The notes: a model not told the origin generated them from the sequence alone. A DNA stretch of 64,000 nt from Takakia lepidozioides (GCA_030704615.1 CM060731.1:58466001-58530000); one strand, 5' to 3'. Positions 1-12,433 are shown, counted from the stretch's first letter. Program-made: numbers and translations.

Positions 1-204
1 TTGGTATTGGTATCAAGTACCAGATTTTGAACCACCTACCAGACTTGTAGGGTACCGTCCACAATTTTAGGAAGCAGATACCAGGCCAATACGGGTATAT
101 GCTAGGTAGTGGCATGAAGTGATACCAGACTGGTCTAGTACTTCATACCAGTATACATACCAATATTGATATCAGTTTCCTATCGGTATACCAGTCCAAC
201 ACTG
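1..204. mobile_element. Right end of a hAT-type non-autonomous element (rest lies outside the window)
   Basis: Ends in CCAGTCCAACACTG, the reverse complement of the CAGTGTTGGAC TIR of the 8025-9476 element. Many subterminal ATACCAG/CTGGTAT motifs. The following 8-mer GTCTGTAT fits the nTnnnnAn target pattern. Confidence 0.65.
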
Positions 205-585
205 GTCTGTATGCCTTGCAGCCTCATTAGGACAAGGTTGTACAAATTTGGAGGCCACAAGTGATATTGCTCTTTAGGTACATTCAATTTTTTTCTTTCT
301 CTTTGAATATCTTCTATTCTGACCAAGCAAGGGTAAGATGGTTAGTCATTCTTCTTTGGGTAAGTTTATATGTGTGGGGTCATGTACCACAATCATGGGG
401 GACTTCTACAATTTGCAATTACAGCGCTACGGATGAATTCCTATCTGGAAGCCTGGCTGATGCTAACAAAGGCACAAAGTCAACAGGTCAACAATCTCAA
501 AGAACTCGTCAACTCTTAAATGCACACATAGATTGGGTAGAAATACTCGAGATGATTTGTCTCATCGTGTCGATTTTTGATGCAG

Positions 586-1208
586 GATATTATTTCCGGG
601 GGCATTGACACATCAGCAGCAACCATAGAATGGGCTCTCACACATCTCTTGCGACATCCCAACACAATGAAGAAAGTTCAAGAAGAATTGGATGATATGA
701 TTGGTGTGATAGGTTGGTGGATGAAGCCGACATTCCTCAGCTCCCTTACCTTCATGCAGTTCTGAAGGAGACCCTACGCATCAGCCCTCCAACTCCTTTA
801 TTGCCGCATGAGAGCATTAAAGCTTGCCAAATAGCAGGCTATCATATTCCTGCAAAGACACTGGCGATGGTAAATGTACGGGCTATTCATCACAACCCAT
901 TTGTTTGGCAGAAGCCTCATGAATTCATTCCGGAGAGGTTTGATGACAGTAATATAGATGTGAAAGGCCACGATTTCGAGCTCTTGCCATTTGGATCAGG
1001 GCGACGAGGTTGTCCTGGCTTGGCTTTAGGTCTGCTTACGGTTCAAAGAGGTCTGGCTCAATTGCTCCAAAGCTTTACATTCGAGCTTCCACAAGGCCAC
1101 CATCCCCAAGACTTGGACATGAGAGAGGTCTTTGGGCTCACGACTCGTAGAGTTGTTCCATTACAAGTTGTCGTAAATGCTCGCTTGCCTCATCACTTGT
1201 ATACTTAA
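586..1208 (+). pseudogene. Cytochrome P450 (CYP71-clan-like) terminal exon with a 1-bp frameshift
   Basis: Acceptor tgcag at 581-585, then I-helix GGIDTS, ExxR (KETLR), PERF and heme motif FGSGRRGCPG. The frame switches at ~706 (ggt gt gat agg). Upstream exon not seen in the window. Confidence 0.8.
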
Positions 1209-1379
1209 TTACTTGGTATGCACACACATTGTTTATGTTTTTTTGATATCTATTAATAGTTGATTTGATAGGTACTAATCCTTGATGTGGAGCATTTACA
1301 ACTGTTGATGAAGAGTTGTCTCTTCACATGTATTGTGTTCTTTTGCAAACTTTAACTACATCTACAATCTTTAAGATTC

Positions 1380-2149
1380 AATTCAATGAAGTCGTGAAAT
1401 GTTGTGCATGCATATCAATCATCACGTTCCACGACAGCACATTTCGTTCAATCATATTGTCAAACACTCCCTTTGCGTCTTCAATATCCGGAATTTGGGT
1501 GTCCACCAGGGGCTTGAGTGTTCAGAATGATATATGGTACAGTTCTAGCTTTGACGATGTCACCTGGATTGACTCTTTGCCTTTTTCCAAGTCTTCTAGG
1601 CTCGCACACGCATTGCAAACGCAAACAAATGTGGGGCATTTGGGCTTCACCCATTCCCCTATCATTTGCTCATATGTCTCCAAAGCATTCCTATCACACC
1701 CATGCCTTGTAAATCTTGCCATCACTATATTCCTTGTGATAAAAAATCGTTGAGGCATTATATCAAACGTTTGGTGAGTATCCACGATGGTCTCAAACTT
1801 AACATACATGTACAAGTGTTGTGTCGGAAAACATTCAAGGCTTGAATCCATTTTGGATAATGTGAGCGCTTTAGGCCTTTCATCTTGATGCACATACACA
1901 TGTATCTGAATATTCTAAGTCACATCCTTGGTTCATCATTTGCAGAGCCTCTTTGAGTTGTCCTCCCTCATATACTGTCCTTACATGCCCAGAAACGCCA
2001 GAAGAGATCTTCCCTCTCTTGGTCCTGTCTCTAAATTGGTGGTCCTGGTGGAGGTGCCTGATTTCATCAACTATGCTACCGCTGATGCTTCCAACTACCC
2101 ATGTATGTTTCCTGTAGCGATCAATCCGCAAGGCCTCCTTGGTACTCAA
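1380..2149 (-). pseudogene. Degenerate PLS-type PPR gene fragment
   Basis: GQLKEALQMMNQ N-terminal motif shared with the intact PPRs. Remnants LYMYVKFET..TFDIMPQR and RHGCDRNALETYEQM...TFVCVCNACASLEDLEKGK, broken by frameshifts and stops. Confidence 0.8.
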
Positions 2150-3712
2150 GATTGTGCTTGAGAACCGGCCCTCTTGGATGAATCTAGGCTTGCCACCTTC
2201 AACTATCCCTGCCTCAACAACAATAATGGACAGATCCTAACCCTTGTTGCTACATTTTGGCTGCAAAGTCTTGTGGAAATTGGACTAGGGATAAATTTTG
2301 CGTGCACCTATGTGCTTAAGATAGACCTGCTAGCCATGAAAGCAGCATTAGAGGTTATAAAACGTGTCAAAACATCTTTCCTTGCCTAGACGTTGATATG
2401 TGCCATTCTTTTTTAACGTCTTGACATTTGAGTGAAGGGCAGCCCCCAGCTACCCTGAATGCCATTGAAGGCTTCCTTCTCAAGCCATCACCTCAAAGCT
2501 TGTCTGCCTTTCTGTAGCTATGGAAGGAGCTGAGTTTTAGAAGATCAGCTCCACTGGACCCCTCAATGCTGTTTTTAAGATATATGGGACCTTCTCCTTG
2601 CCAGGCCAACCATATTATGAACACAGTACATGTTTTCTTCCACAACTTCACTCGCATGAACATGACTGCATCGATGGCTTACCAAAAGATCTTTCCCAGT
2701 TTTAACTTGAGAGAGATGGAATCATAGCAGAACTGCATTAGTGCAAAGAATTGGTGTAGGCTCCTTGCATCCAATCAGATGGAGAAGCGGAAACATCTCA
2801 TGAAACCAACTGAGGATGTAGTGCACATGACAAGCATCTGGAGAACAGAGGAGCCAAGACAGACTCATTGAAAGGAGCCTTTGGGCAGCACATAGATGAG
2901 GTGGTATTAATGCCCCAAAACCAGTATAAAGCTTTTGCACTCCCTTAGCCAGCCTGCATAAGCCATCATTTGTGTGTGGAAGGGGAGAGGGGAAAACTTG
3001 TCCTTAGTATCCAATTCAAGGCAGCTCTAAGCATCACTTGCGAATTAAAAGAAGCTGCTGAATGCTCCAGCATGTGATGAGGTCATTTGAGTCAGAATTG
3101 GAAACATAATCACCATCTCCCCCCTTCACTTTTGCCTCTGCCAGATTGATCTCTTTGCAAATTCAACTTCTCGAAAAGCTGTTATGTGATGACGGTGTTC
3201 TGGTGATCCCATAACTAACACATGCAGATAGAAACGAGGTTCATCTTCATCATCACCCCACCATCTCTTCTAGTACCTGTCTAGCACACATGTTTAGGTA
3301 TTGAGCAGAGGCCCCATGCCTATATATGCTCAGATATTTCATGTGCCCCATTATGTGTTGGTTGAACAAAGGCGGACTGAGATTCTAATACACTGATCTA
3401 TAATCCTTTACTTGTGGCAAGTAGAAGGAATAGATACTCGATGATCTCCAGTCACCCCGAGGGAATCACCAACAGGGTACCCAGGGTACCCAGTCTTCCT
3501 CAATCTACCTAGTTAACCCCAAACTTTGCTGTCTCAAACCATTCCTGTCTCAATTAAGTCTGCCAACTATAAGTATTCTACTGTTCGAAGGTCAAATTGG
3601 ACTTATTCTTGTCACCCTAGTACTTACAGAAAGTGCAGTACTGCCTGTTGGATCATTGGCATCCGTTATTTGACCAAAATCTACTTCCTGGTTTCGCACT
3701 GCATTACTTATT

Positions 3713-4112
3713 TCACCAGTAATCCCCACAAGAATAAACCCCATCCTCAAAGTGGTGAAACCGGTTGGCATCTCATACAATAACTGTTTGGCCAACAATC
3801 CTTGAGATGAACTTGGTGGCAGTGTGACAGTCACCACACACCTGAAGGTTTTTGAAGACATGGATAGATGTCCCAGTGGAGCGGTTATCAGCCCAAAGGG
3901 AATGCCCACCTTCTCACCGTGTAGCAAAGAGAATGTTCCTTCTGCTCCTCCTTCAAATCACGCAATACAAAGCATGTGTCTGGCAGGTACCTTGCCTCCT
4001 GCGGCCAGGTTGTCTTCGCAGCTCAATGTGATTTCCTCAGATCGTGGATGCATTTTGTCGTCTACAACAAATGTATGCACTTGGTTATCCACCTCAATGC
4101 AACTGTGACACT
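3713..4112 (-). pseudogene. Decayed E+/DYW cytidine deaminase domain downstream of the PPR ORF
   Basis: Minus strand gives CIEVDNQVHTFVVDDKMHPRSEEI, EARYLPDTCFVLRDL, (H)[11 protein letters not shown] and [47 protein letters not shown], with frameshifts and an internal TGA. Confidence 0.9.
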
Positions 4113-5906
4113 TCATTCCTCCATTCTTCTCACCTTTGATTCAACATCCCACCTACCAGCTGCACCACATACATTTGACAATATCACATAAGCTGCAGGG
4201 TCCTGTGAATTCCAATTGAAAAGGCATTTTGCTGCACGTTCAGCTAGATGTACATTGTCATGAAGTCTGCAGGCACCAAGCAAGGCCCCCCACACCCCGC
4301 CATCTGGTTCAATTGGCATTTTGTTAATAAAGTCCTCTGCTTCATCCAATTGCCCTCCACGGCCAAGAAGGTCCACCATGCAGCCAAAATGTGCCACTAC
4401 AGGAGTGAGGCCATGATCTCTATACATGGAATTAAAGTAGTGAAGGCCTTCATCCATTAGGCCCATATGGCTACACGCTGAGAGAACAGATGTAAAAGTG
4501 ATACTGTTGGGCTTCAAGCTTTCATTTTGCATTTGTTCATATAGTTGGAGGGCCTCCCTACCACAACCATGCTGGGCATAGCCTGCAATGATTGCATTCC
4601 ATGAGACCAAATCTCGTTTGAGCATACTGTCAAACACTTGGCGTGCATCCTTCATGCTCCCACATTTGGCATACATGTCCACAAGAGTGTTGTCCAAATT
4701 GATATGTGAAGCAATTCGAGCTTTAATGATGTTGGCATGGACCTCATTCCCCTTTTCTAGGACTCCTAGGCTGGTGCATGCATTGAGAACACAAATGTAC
4801 GTTACCCTATTGGGTGTCACCCCATCTTGTTGCATCTGCTCATACAAATCGAAAGCCTCCCTACCAAGCCCATTCTGGGCGTATCCTCCAATCATTGCAT
4901 TCCATGAGACCACATTTCGTTGAGCCATATTGTCAAACACTTTGCGTGCATCCATCATGCTCCTGCATTTGGCATACATGTCAGCAAGGGCAGTCCCCAG
5001 GATGATATCTGGTACAATTCCAGCTTTGATGATGGCAGCATGGACCTCTTTGCCCTTTTCCAGGGCTCTTAGGCTGGCACATGCAGTGATAATGGACGTG
5101 AACATGAATGTGTTGGGCAAAACCCTGTCCTGTTGCATTTGCTTGTAGATCTCGAAAACCTCCTGACTGCAACCATTCTTAGTATATCCTGCAATCATGA
5201 CATTCCACGTGACCTCATTTCGTTGGGGCATGTTGTCGAACACTTGTTGTGCATCATTCATGCTCCCACATTTGGCATACATGTCAGCAAGGGCAGTCTC
5301 TAGAGTAAGATCTGGGACAATTCCGGCTTTGATGATGTCAACATGGACTTCTTTGCCCTTCTCTGGGATTCCTAGACTGCCACACGCGTTGAGGATGCAA
5401 ATGAACGTGACAATATCAGGCACTACCCCTTCCTGTTGCATTTCCTCGTAGATCATGAATGCCTCCTTGCCACAATCATGTCTCGCATATCCTGCTATCA
5501 TAATATTCCATGTAGACAAATCTCGTTCAGGCATGTTGTCAAACACTTGGCGTGCATCTCCCACACTCCCGCACTTTGCATACATGTTGACAAGGGTGTT
5601 CACTAGACAGATGTTTGGCTTGAATTCACTTTCAATAATGTGGCCGTGCACCTTCTTTCCCCCAGCTAGGTCTTTCCTATTTATACACTCCTGCAAGAGA
5701 GAGACATATGTATTGGAGTCCACTTGAATGCTTCGTTGGTTCAAAATATGTGGCGAATCTTTCAGTTGTCCTGCCCTACATATTGTTCCACAAGTGCCAG
5801 AAGAGTTCCTCTTGATTCCCTCTCTCAGTGCTCTTTCTGAAGTAAAGTTGCCCCTGCCGCTAGTCTGATGATTGACAGACAACTGTGCATGCTTCAAACC
5901 GGCCAT
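4113..5906 (-). CDS. PLS-class pentatricopeptide repeat protein ending in E domain (organellar RNA-editing-factor type)
   Basis: Open frame of P-L-S triplets (LVDMYAKCGS..DARQVFD, VSWNAMIAGYAQHG, TFICVLNAC), then P2-L2-S2 and E1/E2 (VWGALLGACRLH, YVILSNV..AAGRW). Start placed at ATG 5906 (MAGL) by similarity to the paralog at 28495; an in-frame upstream ATG exists at 5984. Confidence 0.9.
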   Translation of the reverse strand: MAGLKHAQLSVNHQTSGRGNFTSERALREGIKRNSSGTCGTICRAGQLKDSPHILNQRSIQVDSNTYVSLLQECINRKDLAGGKKVHGHIIESEFKPNICLVNTLVNMYAKCGSVGDARQVFDNMPERDLSTWNIMIAGYARHDCGKEAFMIYEEMQQEGVVPDIVTFICILNACGSLGIPEKGKEVHVDIIKAGIVPDLTLETALADMYAKCGSMNDAQQVFDNMPQRNEVTWNVMIAGYTKNGCSQEVFEIYKQMQQDRVLPNTFMFTSIITACASLRALEKGKEVHAAIIKAGIVPDIILGTALADMYAKCRSMMDARKVFDNMAQRNVVSWNAMIGGYAQNGLGREAFDLYEQMQQDGVTPNRVTYICVLNACTSLGVLEKGNEVHANIIKARIASHINLDNTLVDMYAKCGSMKDARQVFDSMLKRDLVSWNAIIAGYAQHGCGREALQLYEQMQNESLKPNSITFTSVLSACSHMGLMDEGLHYFNSMYRDHGLTPVVAHFGCMVDLLGRGGQLDEAEDFINKMPIEPDGGVWGALLGACRLHDNVHLAERAAKCLFNWNSQDPAAYVILSNVCGAAGRWDVESKVRRMEE

Positions 5907-7464
5907 CCTGCAGGATTCAGATCTGTTAATTACAACATCTATCCTCAACCACATAAAATATCTCCCAGCTCCTAGGTAGTCCATGGAAAGGACAGGCTTC
6001 TTTGCTAAAGGGGGACAGACGTCCTATTTTGAGGACAAACTGTCCCCAATCAGTTTCTGTGAGTTAACCCCTGAATCATCATTACATAGTACCCATTGTG
6101 TCTTCGATCTGGAGCTGCATTGTTTACATCGATATCATCAGCAGGTTGTTGTGTCATGGCAGCAAGCTCCTATGTCCCGCAAGGTTGGTTCGACCAGCTA
6201 CCAATCCAAAAGACCTCCGTTGCGCGTTTAACTGAGTCAGGCAAGCTTCGACTTCTCTGTGAAAAGCAACAGGGCAGCTGAGGAGCGTAACTTCAACATC
6301 AGCCTTGTCATAGACAAGCTACGGCTACCAATGCTCCAAGCAACCCTTTTACAACCTACTTTGATGCCCTGCACACCCTACTAACAGCAACGTCAAGATT
6401 CGCTTCTAGAGCTTTTCACAACGTTGATCTGGACACTACACCCGGTCCATAGAATCTATCAGGCTAGCTTCACTCAAAAGGCCTCACCTTCTCAAACCTG
6501 TTGTCCCACCTGTGTATTGTGTCTGAGAAGAACACCTGCCAGAGCCGTTCTATGCTCTTTCGCTCATCTGCGCGCAAGAATTGTAAGACCAAGATAGTTT
6601 TCCAGCTTCAGCTTGCCTCAGTCTCAAAGTAGGATCGCCATTGCAGCGCTTTTGAGAACATTTCTGTAAAGTACTCTCGCTCTCTCTTTCAATGAGTGGA
6701 ACAAGAGAAATGCATCTTCATTTCAGAATTTTCCGGAGATACTTTAGGAGCTGACGGCACGAGTACAAGCGAGTCGTCACACTCCACAACAAAGTGAACT
6801 TCTTCGTTCAAAACGGGTACAGAATTCTGCTGAAATTGGGCGACTGCAATACGTAGCCATCACAAGTTGGACGCCGAAAAACGAGTTCTATGTCCACACC
6901 TTTCTTCGCTTTCATTCCAGTATCAGAGGGCCTCATAGCCATCGCCAGCGACGCCCTGGGACCCAGCTTTTCAAACCCGGCTAGCCATATGCACTCCAGA
7001 GCCTGGCCCGTTGCAATGCTGCATGATGTGGGGTCTCCCTCCCATCCAGCGCAGGGAGAGCACAGGGCCTTTGGTTTTGCCCATCCGTGCGCGCTCCAGA
7101 GGCCTCCGCAGCCCCCACCCATTCTTGTGCTCACTTCTTCTTCTTCTTACTTGGATTCCGCGCATCACTCTCTACACGTCCCCAATTTTTGGTTGGGATT
7201 ACGTAGACTTAGGGTACTAGGCCCACTCACTGCGTATGACCCTTCACTGCGCAGGTGAGGTGACGCCTTAATCTGCGCAACCGGCTATGTATAGGGTAAC
7301 AGAAGCCATAACTTATTCATATGATCATATTATGGTGCAAAATTTGGACCTAGGGGGAGGTTGGCAAGTTGGCTTCAAAACCCAATTTACAAAACCCAAT
7401 ACACTGCATTGAAGTGTTGGGCACAATGAGCCTATATAATCTTCGTAAAACCAAGTATCATTGC

Positions 7465-7582
7465 CCCTATCATTGCACACCATTCGCAAACCCCTACGCA
7501 CGGTCGATGGGTGTACAGTGATAGGCACTGGGATGCGCAATCATAGGGGTTTGCGCTGTCCACAGGTGCACAATGATAGGGG
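7465..7582. repeat. Short foldback (CCCTATCATTGCAC...CGCAAACCCCTA / TAGGGGTTTGCG...GTGCACAATGATAGGG), MITE-like remnant
   Basis: Two nested inverted-repeat pairs and repeated TGATAGG motifs. Confidence 0.45.
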
Positions 7583-7739
7583 CTGGATGATAGGGGTTTG
7601 TGCAGTGATAGGTACAGTTACCCTATCACAACGCACTATTGGACCAAACGACCAAACACCAAACCCATTTCCTGCACGACTCTACGACCATTACAATAGT
7701 TTGTTGGTAAGGAGACTGTCGAGGTGGGTAAGCCCGTGT

Positions 7740-7890
7740 TGTGCCTTCCCCAGGTGTCACCTCCTCTCCTTTGTTGAGAAACCTATTCCCAAGGTGTCAC
7801 CTCCACGTAACACCTCCCTTAGGTAACACCTCCCTTAGGTAACATCTCTCTTATTGAACAATTTATGAAGAATAAATAGATGAATTTTTA
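7740..7890 (+). repeat. Dispersed repeat, second copy at ~51752-51890
   Basis: Shared TGTGCCTTCCCCAxGTGTCACCTCCTCTCCTTTG...TAACACCTCCCT...ATTTATGA...ATAAAT.GATGAATTT. Confidence 0.6.
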
Positions 7891-8024
7891 AAGTTATTGG
7901 CTCCTCTTTAAGGAGAGACAAGCATCGATTGTTTCTCTTCATGTACCTTCCCCAGTTAATACCTACCTATCAAGATCTTACAATCCCAATAAATACTCTA
8001 AATTTCTCATCCCTTTATTATTAC

Positions 8025-9476
8025 CAGTGTTGGACCAGAATATGTATTTTTGAATACCAGACTGGTACTGGTATGAAGGATCCCATTCCTTATGCATACC
8101 AGGCTGGTAAGGATATGGTGGCAGGTATCACCTGATAGAGTAATCAATGGTATCAATAGGATAAGAGGACTTGTAAAATGGACAGTATATGAGTATGGTA
8201 TTGGTATTAAACTTTATGAATATATGGTACTTCTCTGAAGCTCTAAACCATTCCCAGCTTCTTGGTCATTTCATTACACCCAGTTTGAAACCCAAAGAAT
8301 AGAGCCAAGCGGGGGTTGATATCCAACAGGAGCTGCTACGCCCTCAGGGGAGTGTTCTGGCCAAATGTCCAGAAGGGACCCGTCAAAAAGTATTTCCAAT
8401 AGTATAGTAGACTTTGCTGTACAGCCCTACTTGTACTGAGCTCCATCGCCGCTTGCAACCTCAATAATGGTATCGCGGCAATATCACCGCGGTGACAATC
8501 TAGGTTGGTCTGGTATCGACCAGTGTTGGGCGGTTCTTGCATTTGTGAAGGAACCTTCGGTTCCGGTTCCACAATTATTTCAAGAGACGGTTCCGGATCC
8601 GGTTCCGGTTTTTTTTTTTGAGCCGGTTCCGGTCCGGTTCCGGATCCAACTTTTAAACATGGGGGTGGTTCCGGTTTCCGGTTAGTTGCTGATAAAAACC
8701 ATCGGTTCCGGTTCTATTTTAAAAATATATTTGTTTAATTTAATTAGATTTAAAATATTTTATCAGTCCGGTAGATTAAATAGCAGTGTATTCACATATT
8801 TGAACTAAAATCCAACAATTTTGTTAGTTTTCACTAACACAAAAAAACAAACAAAAATACTCTAAATAAACTGGTAGAAGAAAATGGGTAAAATTTTATG
8901 GGTTGAAAGTACTATTCAGCTACCTAGCAAGTATTGGCATCTTCAAACATTTTATTAATGAACTTAGCCAGGATATCATGGAGCTGGAGATTGAACCCAA
9001 GATCTCATGGCGCGGAAGCATTGAACATAGAATCTCATGGCCTTCAAGCATTGAACCCAGGATCTCAGGAGGAGCTTGAGAGCATTAAATAAGTTTTGCC
9101 CTGGCCCACCAGCCCCACCAAGGGGTCAAGAACCGGAACCTGTTTTTAGCCTTGCACCCCAGCAGGAACCCCCCGGTTCGGTTCTGCGCCGATCCCCATT
9201 GGCAAGTTCCGGTTCCGGGTGAGGTTCTGTAGGAATGGGCCCGGTTCCGGTCCGGGTCCGGTTAACCTGAACCTGCACCGGCGGTTAACCTGGGTCCCGG
9301 CGGGTAACCGCCCAACACTGGTATCGACGAGCAAAACCTTAACTCAATATTCACCCCAGTAGGTTATGCACCCAGGTATAATGTTCTTTTATACCCGTGG
9401 AGGTATGGTTCTTTATACCATTACTCATACCCTTACTGAATACTTAGGTCTGACCATATATACCGGTCCAACACTG
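8025..9476. mobile_element. Non-autonomous hAT element (host of a nested MITE)
   Basis: TIRs CAGTGTTGGACC / GGTCCAACACTG; perfect 8-bp TSD ATTATTAC (8017-8024, 9477-9484). Confidence 0.9.
8521..9320 (+). mobile_element. hAT MITE (800 bp) nested in 8025-9476
   Basis: 15-bp TIR CAGTGTTGGGCGGTT; 8-bp TSD GTATCGAC (8513-8520, 9321-9328); subterminal CCGGTT repeats; closely related inverted copy at 55046-55867. Confidence 0.95.
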
Positions 9477-9522
9477 ATTATTACCCATTCATTCATAACT
9501 TAGTGAGTACTGTAATTTCATT

Positions 9523-9628
9523 ATATTCAGTTCCCTTTAGATTTATCCCTTTAGTTCTACCATATTCAGTTCCCTTCAGATTTATCCCTTCAGTTCTATC
9601 ATATTCAGTTCCCTTCAGATTTATCCCT
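9523..9628 (+). repeat. Minisatellite, ~39-bp unit x ~2.7
   Basis: ATATTCAGTTCCCTT(C/T)AGATTTATCCCTT(C/T)AGTTCTA(C/T)C repeated. Confidence 0.85.
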
Positions 9629-10370
9629 AATTTTAGTCCCTCAATTGGCCTTCGGAATTCCTCCCCCTCTTATTAATGAACATTTGCATCCAGTGCAAAC
9701 AGCAACAAAAAATCCAGTGTACAGGCTGACTTTGCACGAGAGCAGTCAGAAAGACTTTTAGTAAGTTTTCAAATGTGGTGGACCAGCTATATTTAAAACT
9801 TAGAACTGTAGCAAGTTGTAAAGTGAGATAACAGAAAGGGGGGCTTTGATCAAGCAGACAATAAATTTGATGCACCACAATTAGTTGCGAGACCTCTTTC
9901 TTGAGGTAAAATCGCATGGCCGCACAGATAGCACAGATCAACACTTTCACATTGATAGCCAGGTAAAGTGAAAACTGAGCTCTTTCCTTACAAGCATACA
10001 CACCTTTTTTAGAGCTTGCCACTAAAGCACCAAGTCTTGGTATTCCAATTGACAAACCACCTCCTATCTTTCTTTTCATAGAGCTTGACATGGTGCGTGA
10101 TTCTAATTCTATACGATATCTAGTGTTAGATGCGGTTTTCATCAATTTATCCACAGACAGATTTATTTGTGTTGGCTAACTTTGCCAATGCACCAGAGTT
10201 TGTTGTCTAAATGCTTTGCAGGGCAAACAAAGCAGGGTACGTACATGGAGGGCGACGGGAGGTCCCTCGTCCCCACATAGTTTGGTACAACGCAGGTCAG
10301 ATTTCGCTCAGGGAAACAAGGATGATTGGGTTGATGGTGCCTCCCTGTTAACCCGGTGCATGTATACATG

Positions 10371-10690
10371 TCACATCGACATTATGATGAACGAAGGAAT
10401 AAGCGAATACGTCTTCGCGCCATTCTGAACTGATCTCTGATTCCCGATCTTTCTAATCGTGGTGGGGGATTATAGTACGTTCAGAACAATTTTAACCTCG
10501 TTAGAGCGGGTTGAATGAATCGTAATATCCGCCCAAACGACCGGGTGGAGGCGGTCATCTTCCGTACCCAACACTTCTAGACAGAATCAGACAAGAGATG
10601 TCAGAGAGGAGATCGGGAATCAGAGATCAGTTCGGGATGGCGCACAGACTCTATTCGCCTATGCCTTCGTTCATCATAATGTTGATGTGA
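10371..10690. repeat. Long inverted repeat (~80-bp arms, ~155-bp spacer)
   Basis: TCACATCGACATTATGATGAACGAAGG...GAACTGATCTCTGATTCCCGATCT (10371-~10450) is the reverse complement, with a few mismatches, of ~10609-10690. Confidence 0.85.
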
Positions 10691-12114
10691 GGCTCCGAAT
10701 TGAATAAATGATTTGATTGGAAGCAGTCAAATTTTTTTTGTACTTTGAAATGTTTGTGTCGTCTCTCCAGACTCATGGCGCCCCCAAAAAGAAGAATCGT
10801 TTGGCCACCGATGGACCCGGACAAGGCTGATCTCAACCACCACCACTCCATCATCCTCTACCGATTCGGATTTTGAGAAACCGCCACGATGCCTTGCTTG
10901 TTTCGACGAACTCCATACAACGCCATCAACATCCAATATTGGATCCAGAAGTTCAATGGATTCAGCGATCAACCATCAAGCAACGCTCAACAAACAGGCG
11001 ATCAAGAAACGCGTACCCTCTTGTATATCTTTCGACCCGCGTATGGACAGTTGGACTAAAACCATGTATACTAAAGCATACCTGGTCGCATAGACACTCT
11101 GGCATTATCATGCAGGATAGTACCCACACTATGGTTCCCTGCGGTCTCATCCCACATAAGGTTAGGGAGTCCAGCCGAGTGATTGCTTTCAGCCTTTGTC
11201 TTCCCACACTCAAAATCCCCGCACCAATCCAGGAAGGAAAGAAATCAAATCAAATCAAATGGTACTTTATAACTTCCGCGGAAAGCTCAAAGAGCTTATG
11301 GGACAAAATGGAAAAACCATGAGGAAACAAAACCATAGCCAAGAAAGAAAGGAAGAAAGGAAGGAGCTTTATAAACTGGAGAGAGGTGAACAAGAGGGGC
11401 CTGAGACAGAACGACCCCAGTTACTAATGTAATGTCTATACATTTAACGCCCAATTTTTTATGGTCAAATGTATGGCAGCCACAAACCACACCAACCTTA
11501 TGAGGTTGCAATCACTTTCAAATACAACTTTTCACATTCCACACTCACCTGATCTACTCTGGAGGACATAACCCACCAAAGACCACCATACAAGGCTTCG
11601 AAACGCAACAACTGCCCTGCCATGAATGGTTCCCTTACCCTTCTACTTCACACTGAAATTTACAGCTACACTACTCGCATTTTGAGATCTCATCCCAAAG
11701 CCCTTGAATATCATAAGCGTGACAGAGAACTCCAGACTGACACGCAACCGTGCGTGTGTAAATAACCCCCACCAATCACTGTTTTGATACCAATTTCCTT
11801 TGCAAACAACAGCACTACCTTGATTTATTATCATCTGCCTCTAGAAAGATCTAAAACTCCTCACAACAATGTGACTAGGAAAATACAAGGAACCGTTGAT
11901 TAGAGCCTATGTCCGGAGGGCCATCCAGTGATAGGCCTGTCCAAAAAGTGCCAGGTGGGCCTTGCCACCCAAGGGACTTTTAAGTGATGCCCACCAAAGT
12001 GGGAGAGCTCAACCTCCCAGTTGGCAATCTAGGCATTATGGTGCAGTGATGCCCAACAAATGGGGACCACCTGGATGCTGCCACCGCAGCTGGATAAATA
12101 AGAGTCTCGTATAA

Positions 12115-12420
12115 GCTACAACAAACTCATGGCTATGAAAAACCACACTGACCAGAGCTCTGGCATTCTAACTAATAATGTAGGAGAGAATATTTCACAC
12201 GGACGTGAGATTTTCCCCCTCCACATAAAGTTAGCTCCACGGAACAACCAATGTCCTGGCATATCTGCTACAACAAACTCATGGCTATGAAAACCACACT
12301 GACCAGAGCTCTGGATTCTAAACTACTAAATGTAGGAGAGAATATGTTCACACGGACGTGAGATTTTCCCCCTCCACATAAAGTTAGCTCCACGGAACAA
12401 CCAATGTCCTGGCATATCTG
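12115..12420 (-). repeat. Two tandem copies of the MACPF C-terminal coding end plus 3' UTR
   Basis: The ~150-bp units 12115-12266 and 12267-12420 repeat 12421-12530 (DMPGHWL...KYSLLHY*) with indels. Confidence 0.9.
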
Positions 12421-12433
12421 TCTGGCATTCTAA

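Noticed and set aside
4113-4115. U-to-C editing repairing TGA stops in PPR-DYW
   Set aside because: Nuclear gene, and accompanying frameshifts indicate ordinary decay (likely CpG-type mutation).
6000-7260. Overlapping ORFs upstream of the PPR
   Set aside because: No recognisable domain or consistent exon structure.
9633-10154. 173-aa ORF or SWIM/MuDR remnant
   Set aside because: Only a weak C..LCGH resemblance in another frame; not supportable.
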